DNA from: a virus
Taxonomy: Duplodnaviria; Caudoviricetes
Strand: one strand, 5' to 3'
Virus record (IMG/VR): IMGVR_UViG_3300037307_000478
Coordinates: 1 to 60,680 of that record
Length of the DNA stretch: 60,680 nt
The notes under the pieces were generated by a model. The model saw only the letters and a program-made list of their open reading frames with translations, was not told where the DNA came from and ran no database searches. How positions within the stretch are numbered: position 1 is the first letter of the stretch; every line of letters begins with the position of its first letter. This document shows, one piece after another, positions 45,814 through 56,137 of this stretch. Made by a program: the position numbers and the translations under genes.

Positions 45814-47901
45814 ATGAAACCTGTACTAATTGTAGAAAACAATACAAGCCCACTATCAAGGAACGAAAATGTTCAAAATTCAAAGAACTATGTTTTAGGT
45901 GGAATTTTTACTGAGTTTGGTATTAAAAATCGCAATGAAAGAATTTATACTGCTGATAAATTTATTCCTTGTTTAGATGAGCTTAATGAGAGAATTAAAA
46001 CAATGGGAGTAGTTTATGGTGAATTTGATCACCCAGATGTATTTGATACATCTCTTTCAAGAGCATCACATATTATTGAGAAAACTTACTTTGTTAAGGA
46101 ATCAAATAGAGTTGATGGTCAAATTAGATTATTAAACACATATTGGGGTAAAGAAGCAAAAGCTTTAGTTGATGACGGATGTCCTCTTTTTGTATCATCA
46201 AGAGCAGCTGGTATCACTGAATCTGATGGAACAGTAACACTTAAAAAGTTATTTACTTATGATATTGTTGCTGATCCTGGTTTTGCTTCTGCCAAGTTAT
46301 CATCTATAAACGAGTCATTCGGTTATACAAATAACACCAACTTTAGGATATATGAAATGTCCGACGAGTCAAAAATTAATGATCTATTTAACATGAACAA
46401 AAATGAATTTGTTACCAAAGATCAGTTGACTGACTATTCTAAGTATATCATCAACGAAATTGCGTCTACTAAGAAAGAAGTTAAGTCGGCTCTTAAAGCT
46501 GGTAACTTAAATCCAAAAAAGTTAGAGGAACTCTTAGAATATTACGAAGAGTTAAATAAAACTAACCAACAAATTGTTAAGTATTTAGATTACTTAGCAG
46601 AAAAAGTTCAAGTAGTAGTAAATGAGAACAAATCATTGAAGACAACTACTGACAAATTAATTAATCATAATGATTATTTAGCAGAAAATCTTGAAAAAGC
46701 TATTAATTATTCTGAGTACTTAGCAGAAAACTTAGATAAGAACATTACTTATTCTGAGTACTTAGCAGAAAACTTAGATAAGAATATTTCTTACTCTGAG
46801 TATTTAGCCGAGAATTTAGATAAGAATATTGCTTACTCTGAGTATTTAGCCGAGAATTTAGATAAGAATATTGCTTATGCTGAATACATCGCAGAAAACT
46901 TAGATAAAAATATTTCTTACTCTGAATATTTAGCTGAGAATTTAGATAATACTATTGCTTATTCTGAGTACTTAGCTGAGCATGTAGAAGGTAATATAGC
47001 CTATTCTGAATACATTGCTGAACATTTAGATGATAATATTGCTTATGCTGAATACATTGCCGAAAATTTAGATAAAACTGTTTCATACGCTGGTATGATA
47101 TCAGAAAAATTAAATGGTGGTAAGGTATTTGAAAATGCAAATGAAACTTTCCCTACACTTGAAGATGCTGGTTTTGAAATGTTACCAGAATTTGAAGAAG
47201 AGGTTGAAGAAGAAGAAATTCCTGAAGAGGAATTTGAACTTTTACCACAAGAAGAAGTTGTAGGTGAAGAAGAAGAATCTGTAGAAGAATCTGTAGAAGA
47301 ATCTACTGAAGAAGTTGTTGAAGAAGCTATCGAATCTACTGAAGAAGTTGTTTCTGAAGAAGAAGAGGCTTATGAAGCAAACACTGATACTGAATTGTCT
47401 CGCCAAATAGATAAATTAATCGAAGAAGCTAAAAAACGTAAAGTTTCTGAGTCAAATGACTTACACTTCTTAAGATTCTTAAACAAGTCTCAAGTTGATA
47501 GTTTTTATGAATTATCACAAGAAGAACAAGAACAAGTTAAGCTTTACATAAACGAAAAAAGTTACTACACAAGTTCTGATGTTTTAAGATTAATTGGAGA
47601 AGCTCTTTCTATTAAGAATGAGTCGCTTGAAGAAAGATTAATCAGATTGATGCCTGAAAACATTAAGCCAATCTGGGGTCAATTAAATGAGAGCTCTAAA
47701 AAGTCTATACTTTCTCAAGCTAGACTTTATCCAGAATTAGACACCGAATCAAAAGTTGAACATTTCTGGTTGACTAGAAATCTCAAAAAGAATGAATCAG
47801 TTTCTAAGAAACTTGTTTCTCACGAAAGTATGATTCAAGAAGATAAGTTATCTGAAAAAGAAGTTAACGCAATCTTAGAAAGATTCATGAGTTTGAAGTA
47901 A
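45814..47901 (+). CDS. prohead protease (gp21-like) fused to scaffold/core (gp22-like)
   Basis: KNRNERIY, GEFDHP, VSSRAAG, YDIVADPGF, then coiled-coil repeats and an acidic region. Confidence 0.92.
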   Translation: MKPVLIVENNTSPLSRNENVQNSKNYVLGGIFTEFGIKNRNERIYTADKFIPCLDELNERIKTMGVVYGEFDHPDVFDTSLSRASHIIEKTYFVKESNRVDGQIRLLNTYWGKEAKALVDDGCPLFVSSRAAGITESDGTVTLKKLFTYDIVADPGFASAKLSSINESFGYTNNTNFRIYEMSDESKINDLFNMNKNEFVTKDQLTDYSKYIINEIASTKKEVKSALKAGNLNPKKLEELLEYYEELNKTNQQIVKYLDYLAEKVQVVVNENKSLKTTTDKLINHNDYLAENLEKAINYSEYLAENLDKNITYSEYLAENLDKNISYSEYLAENLDKNIAYSEYLAENLDKNIAYAEYIAENLDKNISYSEYLAENLDNTIAYSEYLAEHVEGNIAYSEYIAEHLDDNIAYAEYIAENLDKTVSYAGMISEKLNGGKVFENANETFPTLEDAGFEMLPEFEEEVEEEEIPEEEFELLPQEEVVGEEEESVEESVEESTEEVVEEAIESTEEVVSEEEEAYEANTDTELSRQIDKLIEEAKKRKVSESNDLHFLRFLNKSQVDSFYELSQEEQEQVKLYINEKSYYTSSDVLRLIGEALSIKNESLEERLIRLMPENIKPIWGQLNESSKKSILSQARLYPELDTESKVEHFWLTRNLKKNESVSKKLVSHESMIQEDKLSEKEVNAILERFMSLK
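46666..47115 (+). repeat. coding repeat, about 11 x 42 bp (YSEYLAENLDKNIx)
   Basis: 14-aa double-heptad units in the scaffold region. Confidence 0.92.
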
Positions 47902-47921
47902 TTCAGACAAAAAAAATTAAA

Positions 47922-47935
47922 TCTACGAAAGTAGA
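47922..47935 (+). promoter_or_regulatory. GNRA tetraloop hairpin upstream of MCP
   Basis: TCTAC-GAAA-GTAGA flanked by A-tracts. Confidence 0.5.
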
Positions 47936-47957
47936 CCAAAAAAATTAAAAAAAAATT

Positions 47958-49625
47958 ATGTCACACATTAGAATAGACAAACAAAAAGCCTTCAAAAAGT
48001 GGGCTCCTGTCTTAGAAAACATGGGTGTTAGCAGCGAAGAAAGACTTGATTGGATGTCAGAATATGCTGAATATCACTCTATCAATGAAAATGCTTACCT
48101 TAATGCTGGTGTTGCTGGTATGGGCGCAATAACTGCTCCTCAACCTTCTACTTTAGCTGGTAGCACAATCGGTACTAACTGGTCTTCAAACGGTGGTACT
48201 CTTGGTTCTGGCGATTTAGGTCAAAACCTTTTACCTGTAGCTATGAAAATTGCTGCTCAAACTATCGGTCTTGACCTTGTAGCTGTTAAACCAACTCCTG
48301 GTCCAAAAATCGACTTGTTATACATCGACTTCCAGTATGATGATACTAACTTAGACGAAGCAAGACCTCAAGTTTTCAAAGTTAATGCTACTAACTTAGT
48401 TGATATTAAGGCTGGTTTAACTGCAGCTTTAGTTGCAGCTAGCATTACTGAAACTGTAGGTGGTTTAGCTGGTGGTAGACTTTGGAATAACATCTCTAAC
48501 GGTGTTACTACTACTACAGAGCCTGCTTCTAAAACTAACCAAGTTGAATTCTTAGGTTTCTCTCGTATTGATGGATTCCCAATGTTCAGAGCTTACAGAC
48601 AATACAATGCTGTATCTAATTTCTCTGGTGCTGTTCCTGTAGCTCCTTATACATTTGATGCTACTAAAAATACTTTCTCACCAACTGCTTCTATGGTAGA
48701 CCAAATCGATGCGATTGCTGGTGTTACTGCAAGTGGTGTTTCAGTTGAATTAGTATCTGCTCTTGAAGACCATATTCCTGGTTTCGTAACTAACTGGGCT
48801 TCATCTGGTTCAGGCGCTGTTGGTTCTTATCCAATGTCTCGTCAAGCTGATGACAACACATATGCTGGTGTTATTGGTCCTAAAGTTTCTTCTAAAACTG
48901 TTGCAGTTGGTACTATTGAAGTATCTTCAGCTCTTAGAAGAACTGAAATTGAAGATATCAAAGCTAACACTGGTATGGACATCGTACAAAAGATGGAATC
49001 TATCCTTGTTAACGAATTGTCTCAGACTATTTCTAAGCAAATCGTTGCTAAGATCTTCGAATTAGGTGCATTAAACAGAACTTCTGCTCCTACAAACGGC
49101 GGTAATTCTATCTTCGACTTAAATACTAACTATGTTGTATCTGGTCCTGGTGGTGAAACTACTCACGCTGTTCAAAGAAAGTTAATCACTAAAGTGGTTC
49201 ACGCTTCTAACTATATCGCTACTGAAGGTCGTGTTGGTCCTGCTCAATTCGCAGTTACTAACGGAGGTCTTGCTGCAGCTTTCATGGATATTGCTGGTTA
49301 CACTGTTAACCCAGTTAAATCTAAATTAAATGGTTCTGGTCAATTATATCCAGTAGGTCAAATCGGAGATATCACTATCTACGTAGATCCTTACATGAAG
49401 TATAATGACAACAGAATTGTTCTTGGTAGAAAGAACAATCCTGATCAGCCTGGTGTTGTATTTGTTCCATACTTAATGGCTCAATCTATCAGCATCATCT
49501 CTGAAGCTACCTTCGCTCCAAGAATGTTATTACGTTCTAGATATGCAGTAGCTGAAGTAGGTTGGTTCCCACAAAAGCAGTACATGCAACTTAATGTTAC
49601 TGACGCTAGTGGTTATCTTAACTAA
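47958..49625 (+). CDS. major capsid protein (gp23-like)
   Basis: KKWAPVLE, DLVAVKP, ILVNELSQTI, IYVDPY, FVPY, FAPRMLLRSRYA; codon usage of a highly expressed gene. Confidence 0.95.
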   Translation: MSHIRIDKQKAFKKWAPVLENMGVSSEERLDWMSEYAEYHSINENAYLNAGVAGMGAITAPQPSTLAGSTIGTNWSSNGGTLGSGDLGQNLLPVAMKIAAQTIGLDLVAVKPTPGPKIDLLYIDFQYDDTNLDEARPQVFKVNATNLVDIKAGLTAALVAASITETVGGLAGGRLWNNISNGVTTTTEPASKTNQVEFLGFSRIDGFPMFRAYRQYNAVSNFSGAVPVAPYTFDATKNTFSPTASMVDQIDAIAGVTASGVSVELVSALEDHIPGFVTNWASSGSGAVGSYPMSRQADDNTYAGVIGPKVSSKTVAVGTIEVSSALRRTEIEDIKANTGMDIVQKMESILVNELSQTISKQIVAKIFELGALNRTSAPTNGGNSIFDLNTNYVVSGPGGETTHAVQRKLITKVVHASNYIATEGRVGPAQFAVTNGGLAAAFMDIAGYTVNPVKSKLNGSGQLYPVGQIGDITIYVDPYMKYNDNRIVLGRKNNPDQPGVVFVPYLMAQSISIISEATFAPRMLLRSRYAVAEVGWFPQKQYMQLNVTDASGYLN

Positions 49626-49644
49626 TCTAGTTTAGGTAAAAAAT

Positions 49645-49673
49645 AAAAAACCCTCTCAATTGAGAGGGTTTTT
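49645..49673. terminator. bidirectional terminator
   Basis: AAAAAACCCTCTCAATTGAGAGGGTTTTT. Confidence 0.88.
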
Positions 49674-49676
49674 CTT

Positions 49677-50804
49677 TTACTTTTCATATGTGTTATCATA
49701 AATTTTAACAATTTCATTATATTCTTGTAATACTCCATTTTTCACTTTTTCATTATTATCATAATTTTGAGAAATTATATAATCTCTTATCAGATCTTTA
49801 TATTCTAATTTTATATGTGTAGATTCTTTATCGTCATCTACATTTTCATTTATTATTTTGTCTATTTTAACGTCACTATCATCATTTTCATTATTTATAT
49901 CATCAATATATTCTACTGATGCAAAATTTCCAGTTTCTAAAATAACCTCTAACTTTCTTCTTAATTTTCTATTACCAACCAATAATGAATTTGATATGTA
50001 TAAATCAATATAATCCTTAGTAGATACATCATCTAATAAATCAATATGTTCTTCTTTTAAAATATAAATCTTTTTAAAATTAGGTGAAATATTATTGGGT
50101 ATGAATCTTTCTTTTTCTGTATTTGTATCTAATATATAAACTCCTTTTTGATTATTTATATCATTTCTATCCATTTCAAAAATAGATCCAACAAAAGTAA
50201 AATTCTTATTAACTTGTTGAATATGTATATGTCCGGAATAAACATATTTATATCCAATAAAATCTTCTACGTTTATTTTATCTAAATTCTTATGTGCTAC
50301 TGAATTTAAATGCATTTTAGCCCCATTCAAATCTGAATGGCAGAATAGATAGTCACATCCGGTATACTTTTTAAGAATTTCTACTTGGTCTTTTCTTTTT
50401 TCTACCCATGGAAGCATTAATATATTCTTATTATTAAATTGTATTTTTTTAGCTTCTTCATAAACAAATACATTTGGAATATATTTATATAATTTCACTG
50501 TATTTACATCATTTGTGCTTTTTGTATATAAATCATGATTTCCTATTATTAAATGAGTTTCTGTTATTTCTGATAATTTTTCTAACATATATTGAGCATA
50601 ATTTAAAATATTAATTGGCACTACATTTCTATTATCAAATAAATCTCCTAATAATACAATTATATCTTTGTTAGAAATTTCTTTTTTTGCTAGGGGGAGT
50701 AAAAATTTTTCAAAATATTCTTGTGTAACTTTAAACCATTTATCTACATTATTTGGATATCCTAATCCTAAGTGTACATCTCCAATGAGTAGTATTTTTG
50801 ACAT
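49677..50804 (-). CDS. recombination endonuclease subunit (gp47/Mre11/SbcD-like)
   Basis: GDVHLG, LGDLFD, GNHD, FCH, SGHIH. Confidence 0.92.
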   Translation of the reverse strand: MSKILLIGDVHLGLGYPNNVDKWFKVTQEYFEKFLLPLAKKEISNKDIIVLLGDLFDNRNVVPINILNYAQYMLEKLSEITETHLIIGNHDLYTKSTNDVNTVKLYKYIPNVFVYEEAKKIQFNNKNILMLPWVEKRKDQVEILKKYTGCDYLFCHSDLNGAKMHLNSVAHKNLDKINVEDFIGYKYVYSGHIHIQQVNKNFTFVGSIFEMDRNDINNQKGVYILDTNTEKERFIPNNISPNFKKIYILKEEHIDLLDDVSTKDYIDLYISNSLLVGNRKLRRKLEVILETGNFASVEYIDDINNENDDSDVKIDKIINENVDDDKESTHIKLEYKDLIRDYIISQNYDNNEKVKNGVLQEYNEIVKIYDNTYEK

Positions 50805-51002
50805 TATTACATATAATTATTTTTTGTAGTTATTATATTTAATATATACTTAGTAGTTTTAATAATTTCAAAATGGAAAAAAATTGATTTTGAAATAAAA
50901 TATATACATTATCTAGTAAAAGATAAAAAGCTAGAGACAATAAAATAAATAATATATAAGAATATAACTTAAACAAGTTAAAATAAAAATAATATAAAGA
51001 AA

Positions 51003-51617
51003 ATGCCCTTACCACATTTTACTCAACTTTTAATGACTGGTTCACCTGGTGGTCCTGGTACTAAGCCGCAGGAACCTGTTTATACAAATTTATTTGAGAT
51101 AACTTTCATTCTACCTACAATTTTACAAGCACAAGGTAGAGACCCATTATTGATGCTTCAACAAGCTTCAACAGTTAACTTAGATTTAACTAAGGATATT
51201 GATATCAAGGATCAAAGATTCAAATACTCAACTAGAGCATTTGTTACAGTTCCTAACCAAACACACCATGAATTTGATGTTAAGTTTAATGTCAATGTTA
51301 ATGATCAAGGATCTATGGAAACATGGAATGTGTTAAAAGCTTGGTATGACTTAGTTTGGAATGCACAAAATGGTACTTTACACTATAAGAGTGATATTAT
51401 TGGTACTATGGTTGTTAACCAACACGATAGAAAGGGTGTTATCATAAGAAGAGTAACCTTCCAGAATGTTCAAATTAGAGGCGTTGATGGTATATCATTA
51501 GATTGGTCAAACAATGACATTTGGAGTGCAAGTGCTCGTTTTGTAGCTGATTACTGGATTGATGAATACATTGATGGTAACTTTACAATTCAGCCGCCAT
51601 TGGCTCCTGGATATTAA
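51003..51617 (+). CDS. tail tube protein (gp19-like)
   Basis: EPVYTNLFE, LKAWYDLVWN..G..YK, F.ADYW; several upstream late motifs. Confidence 0.82.
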   Translation: MPLPHFTQLLMTGSPGGPGTKPQEPVYTNLFEITFILPTILQAQGRDPLLMLQQASTVNLDLTKDIDIKDQRFKYSTRAFVTVPNQTHHEFDVKFNVNVNDQGSMETWNVLKAWYDLVWNAQNGTLHYKSDIIGTMVVNQHDRKGVIIRRVTFQNVQIRGVDGISLDWSNNDIWSASARFVADYWIDEYIDGNFTIQPPLAPGY

Positions 51618-51636
51618 TAAGTTAGATAATAATTTT

Positions 51637-51666
51637 AAAAAGGTGAAGTTTTACTTCACCTTTTTT
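51637..51666 (+). terminator. intrinsic terminator
   Basis: AAAAAGGTGAAGT/ACTTCACCTTTTTT. Confidence 0.85.
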
Positions 51667-51731
51667 AATGCACTATATTAATATATACATTTAAATTTTT
51701 CGTTTAATCACAAAATTACTACCTTTGCAAA

Positions 51732-52376
51732 ATGTCTAAATATAACAGAACATATCATTTGCCGTGGTCACCTGGATCTACTTCCGATGATAAAATATCA
51801 CAAGATGTATCATCGTTGATAGGTATTGATATTGTTATTACCGAAAAGTTAGACGGAGAGAACACCGGAATGACTAAAGATGGTGTCTATGCTAGGTCAC
51901 ATGCGGCGTTTACTACATCTGCCTGGTCAAGAGAAGTAAGAATGATACATCAAAGAATTAAAAATGATTTATCTGATGGTGTTTTTTTATTTGGTGAAAA
52001 TATGGAAGGAATTCACTCAATTGATTACACCAATTTAACATCATATTTCTATATTTTTGGTGTTAGAGATAATAATATATGGATTCCTTGGGAATCTGTA
52101 GAAGAATATGCATTTCTATTAGATTTACCGACCGCGCCAGTTTTGTTTAAAGGAATTGTTAATTCTGAAAAGGAATTAAAAGATTTAACCGAATCTTTGG
52201 TTAAACAGGAATCAAAATTAGGAGGAACTATTGAAGGTGTTGTTGTAAGGAACGCGGATATGTTTCATAATGATGATTTCGCTGAGAACATATATAAATA
52301 TGTCAGAAAAAATCATGTGCAGACGGACTCACACTGGACTAGAAATTGGGTTAAATCGAAAATCATTTACAAATAG
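51732..52376 (+). CDS. minimal RNA ligase (nucleotidyltransferase domain only)
   Basis: KYNRTYHLPWS, TEKLDGEN, FGEN, EGVVVR, KYVR..HVQ..HW; TACCTTTG -7 box at 51720-51727. Confidence 0.85.
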   Translation: MSKYNRTYHLPWSPGSTSDDKISQDVSSLIGIDIVITEKLDGENTGMTKDGVYARSHAAFTTSAWSREVRMIHQRIKNDLSDGVFLFGENMEGIHSIDYTNLTSYFYIFGVRDNNIWIPWESVEEYAFLLDLPTAPVLFKGIVNSEKELKDLTESLVKQESKLGGTIEGVVVRNADMFHNDDFAENIYKYVRKNHVQTDSHWTRNWVKSKIIYK

Positions 52377-53325
52377 GAAATTTTTCTTTTTTTCTATCCA
52401 ATTGAATATCTGACTCATCATATATCAATTTATAAAATCTATTTATTAATTCTTTTTTTCCAAAATATATTGCAAAACCACTATTTCTTTTATTAACTTT
52501 AGTTTCTATCTCATTTTTTGAAAGAAAATCTACTAATGATATCATAAAATTTTCAGATGCAGTGAATATAGTAACTGTAAATGATTTTCTTTTATCTACT
52601 TTTGATATACATCCATCCCCATCAAAATATCCTCTTACAAAGTGTCTTACTAAATTTTCGTCAATTTTTGGAAACTCAATAGTGAAAGTTTTATTTGGTA
52701 ATAAACCATGTGCCGATAAATTTTCACACAATTTTTTTGATGAAATTGAAAATTTTACTTGATTATCCCTATTAACTTGTTTAACAACTTTTATAGGATG
52801 TTCTGATTTCATTTCTAATTTTATTTTTTCTAATAAGCATTTATCTTTATTGTGTAGTTTTATTATCATTTCAGTTTTCTTTTTACTTATACATCCGTCT
52901 GCATATAAGAATCCTAAGATATAAGCTTTATTCGGACTATTAATAAAATCAAAATAGTTTTCATCAAAATTATAAATTCTATTAGAACAAGATAATGAAC
53001 AAAATCTAGCCCTACCTCTATTTATTTCTGCTTTATTATGACATATGAATTCCTTACCACATCTTTCACAGATTCTTTTATGAAATACTATCCTATTTTT
53101 GTTTGAGCAATTTTTTGAACAAAATAAATTTTTTGTCTTACTTGTCTTTATAAATTTTTTGCCACAAAAATTACAATTGACATACTCTTTATTTTTTGAT
53201 TTTAGATACTTACCAACACATGCTGTTCCACAAAACTCTTTATTTTTATCTCTACTTCTCTTTATAAGTATTGTTCCACCACAATTTTTACATCTATTAT
53301 CAGATAAATATGGATAATTACTCAT
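52363..53325 (-). mobile_element. free-standing LAGLIDADG homing endonuclease with N-terminal Zn-finger repeats
   Basis: AYILGFLYADGC and FVRGYFDGDGC; three CxxC..FCxxxC units. Confidence 0.88.
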
Positions 53326-53435
53326 GCCATTGAATATATTTTTATATATGTTTTATTCTATATATTAATTTTGATATCCGAATATTAAACTATTGACACT
53401 TATTTGTATAAAAATACTAAAATTTTTGTACACAA

Positions 53436-55316
53436 ATGATTAAGCTTACAATATTAACTAGAGTAACAAGATTAAATAATCTAAAAAAAATAAGAGATTC
53501 AATATTTACGACTGATAAATTTAATATTACATGGCGGGTAATGTTTGATACGACAGTATTAAAAGATATTGATGCGGAAATATTATCATCAATTCAAGAA
53601 AAAGGTGGAATAATATATTTTATAAACGGAATGCCTGGAGATTTTGGTCATCAAATGTTAAATAAAGCTATTGATGATACTCCAGATGGATTTTTATATA
53701 TCTTAGATGATGATAATATCATACATGAAAATTTTTATGATAATTTATATGATGCTATAATAAATAATTTAGATAAAAGAGGATTTGCATTTAATCAAAA
53801 AATAGGTGGTAAAGATTTTACTGGATTAGATATTAGATTAGCATTACCTGAAAATATGAGGATAAGTGGTGTTGATTCAGCACAATATGTACTTAGAAAG
53901 GATTTAATAGGTGATATTAGATTAATTCCTATGAATTATATAGCAGATTCAATTTTCGTAGAAGCGGTTTATATGAAAAATCCAAATGACTTTTATTTTA
54001 TCGATAAGGTAATGTGTTATTATAACGAATTACAATCAAAAAAAGGAGCTAGAGTTCCTAAAATATTATATATTGGTGAGGGCAAACCTGATTTAAAGTC
54101 TATAAAAAGAGCATGGTGGGAATCTGATGATTTAGAAGTACAATATAGGGAAGATGATCATAAATTAAATGAAGATATAAGAATATTTAATCCTGATTTT
54201 ATTGTTAGTGTAGGCGATGATAATAAATATCAAAATTTGATAAACTCACCATTAGACATTAAAAAAAGATGGATTAATTTAAAAACACTTATTAATGATG
54301 CCGGTGAACTTGTATATAACTCCTCTATGAATTATATGCTTGACAATGATGGAAAAGATCTGGTATCATTTTTTACTCCGATTTATAATACCGGGGATAA
54401 ACTTCAAAGATTATATGAGTCTATTTCAAAACAAACATACACAAATTGGGAATGGGTTGTAGTAAATGACTCAAGTGATGGTGGGAAAACTTTAAAACTT
54501 GCTGAAAAAATAGCAGAATCTGATCATAGAGTAAAAGTTTATGACTTTAGGGAAAAAAGTAAAGGTATAATTGGGGAATCTAAATACAGATGTGCGGTTT
54601 TATGTCGTGGTGATATATTAATCGAAATAGACCACGATGACTATATCTTACCTGATAGTGCTAAAGTAGTGGTGGATGCTTTTAAGAAATATCCTGATGC
54701 AGGATTTGCTTATACAGATTGTGTTGAAATATTAGAAGATTGGTCAACAACATTAACATACCCACCAGGATTTTGCTTTGGGTACGGAAAATATAGAAAG
54801 GAAAAAGAAATGGGTATTGTGATGAATGTAAATATTTCACCGAATATTAATCCAAAAACCATTAGACATATTGTGGGTGTTCCGAATCACATAAGAGCAT
54901 GGAAAAGAGATGTTTATTTTAAAATTGGGGGTCATAATCGTAGACTTTCAATTGCTGATGATTATGAAGTATTAATTAGAACATTTTTAGAAACTAAATT
55001 TGTTAGAATACTTAAAAATTGTTATTTACAATTTATTTATCGTTCAGATATGGCATCTAATACACATGAATTGTCTCGAGCTGATATACAAAGGAGGGTA
55101 AGAAGCATAATGGATTATTATAACTTTGACATTTATAAAAGGTTTAAAGAACTTGGTGTTGAAGACTGGGCTTATTTAAACAATAGGTCGCAGCCATTGA
55201 ATGTTCCAAGTAGATTTGGAGAGGAAGAAGGAAAAGTTAATTATGATTATTACCCTGATGGAATTGAGAATGAAGATGCTCCAAATAATAATATTATTTT
55301 TGAGGAAAATTCATAA
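53436..55316 (+). CDS. double GT2 glycosyltransferase fusion
   Basis: Domain 1 ILDDDN, YIAD; domain 2 FTPIYN, VNDSSD, IDHDD, ADDYE. Confidence 0.85.
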   Translation: MIKLTILTRVTRLNNLKKIRDSIFTTDKFNITWRVMFDTTVLKDIDAEILSSIQEKGGIIYFINGMPGDFGHQMLNKAIDDTPDGFLYILDDDNIIHENFYDNLYDAIINNLDKRGFAFNQKIGGKDFTGLDIRLALPENMRISGVDSAQYVLRKDLIGDIRLIPMNYIADSIFVEAVYMKNPNDFYFIDKVMCYYNELQSKKGARVPKILYIGEGKPDLKSIKRAWWESDDLEVQYREDDHKLNEDIRIFNPDFIVSVGDDNKYQNLINSPLDIKKRWINLKTLINDAGELVYNSSMNYMLDNDGKDLVSFFTPIYNTGDKLQRLYESISKQTYTNWEWVVVNDSSDGGKTLKLAEKIAESDHRVKVYDFREKSKGIIGESKYRCAVLCRGDILIEIDHDDYILPDSAKVVVDAFKKYPDAGFAYTDCVEILEDWSTTLTYPPGFCFGYGKYRKEKEMGIVMNVNISPNINPKTIRHIVGVPNHIRAWKRDVYFKIGGHNRRLSIADDYEVLIRTFLETKFVRILKNCYLQFIYRSDMASNTHELSRADIQRRVRSIMDYYNFDIYKRFKELGVEDWAYLNNRSQPLNVPSRFGEEEGKVNYDYYPDGIENEDAPNNNIIFEENS

Positions 55317-55348
55317 AAAATCAGTATCTTTGTAGAAATTCTAAAAGT

Positions 55349-55765
55349 ATGACTGATAAAGAATTAATTAAAATTATTGGAGATTCGGTTAAAAATATCA
55401 AAGCAGATGGTTTTAAAATAAATACTGTTTATCATGAAACTAAAACAGGTTTTAAAATAGAAATTGTTGTAGATGATGTTAAAAAAATTAAATTATCTGA
55501 AAATTCAAACTTAAGAATATCTAAAAGTTATGGATTTACTCAGAATATAGTTGGAATGGAATTTGAATCTACTGTAAGAGGAATTAAAAAGAATTTTAAA
55601 ATAACCGGATTTAAACCACAAAATAGAAAGTATCCAATAATTGCCTTTGAAACACAAAGCGGAAGTGGATATAAATTTCCCATTGAGGAAGTAAAAAGAA
55701 AATTAGGGGGTGATAAAATAATTAATAGAAATGCCAATCTTGAAAAACTATTTGAAAATGAGTAA
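55349..55765 (+). CDS. hypothetical protein, C-terminal NRNANLEKL
   Basis: GFKPQNRKYPII motif; TATCTTTG box at 55325-55332. Confidence 0.75.
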   Translation: MTDKELIKIIGDSVKNIKADGFKINTVYHETKTGFKIEIVVDDVKKIKLSENSNLRISKSYGFTQNIVGMEFESTVRGIKKNFKITGFKPQNRKYPIIAFETQSGSGYKFPIEEVKRKLGGDKIINRNANLEKLFENE

Positions 55766-56126
55766 AAAAACAACAAAACTGTCTTACACACTACTAGGAT
55801 TTTTAATGATATTTTTTATCTTAGCAACATATTTTTCCTATGACTTTTATAGAAAATCAACAAATGTTGAATCTCCTAAAACTGTCCGTTCTAATGATAT
55901 ATTGAGTATTGATTCTATTAAAAAAATATCAGTAGAAGATACTGTTAAGTATTTCAATATAAAAATTGACATACTTAAAAATCAAATTTCAGAAAAAGAT
56001 ACTTTAATAAAAAAATATCAAAATGATATTCAAAAGGTCTTAAAAATAAAAGATTCTATTTCATTTCGTTTAGAATCAACTAGAATGAAGTTGCGAGAAG
56101 CTAATAATCGTGACACAATAAAATAA
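55758..56126 (+). CDS. N-terminal TM coiled-coil protein
   Basis: Start reassigned to MSKK at 55758. Confidence 0.65.
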   Translation: MSKKTTKLSYTLLGFLMIFFILATYFSYDFYRKSTNVESPKTVRSNDILSIDSIKKISVEDTVKYFNIKIDILKNQISEKDTLIKKYQNDIQKVLKIKDSISFRLESTRMKLREANNRDTIK

Positions 56127-56137
56127 AATAAAATAAA

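Noticed and set aside
46666-47115. CRISPR-like periodic repeats
   Set aside because: In-frame 42-bp units with synonymous variation and no unique spacers; this is a coding repeat.
52363-53325. Group I intron or intein around the LAGLIDADG gene
   Set aside because: Flanking genes are intact and on the opposite strand, so it appears free-standing.
245-55791. Short antisense or nested ORFs (e.g. 245..526, 2535..2723, 18876..19172, 24280..24546, 36438..36647, 45677..45883, 52562..52762)
   Set aside because: They overlap well-supported genes and have no motifs or expression signals.
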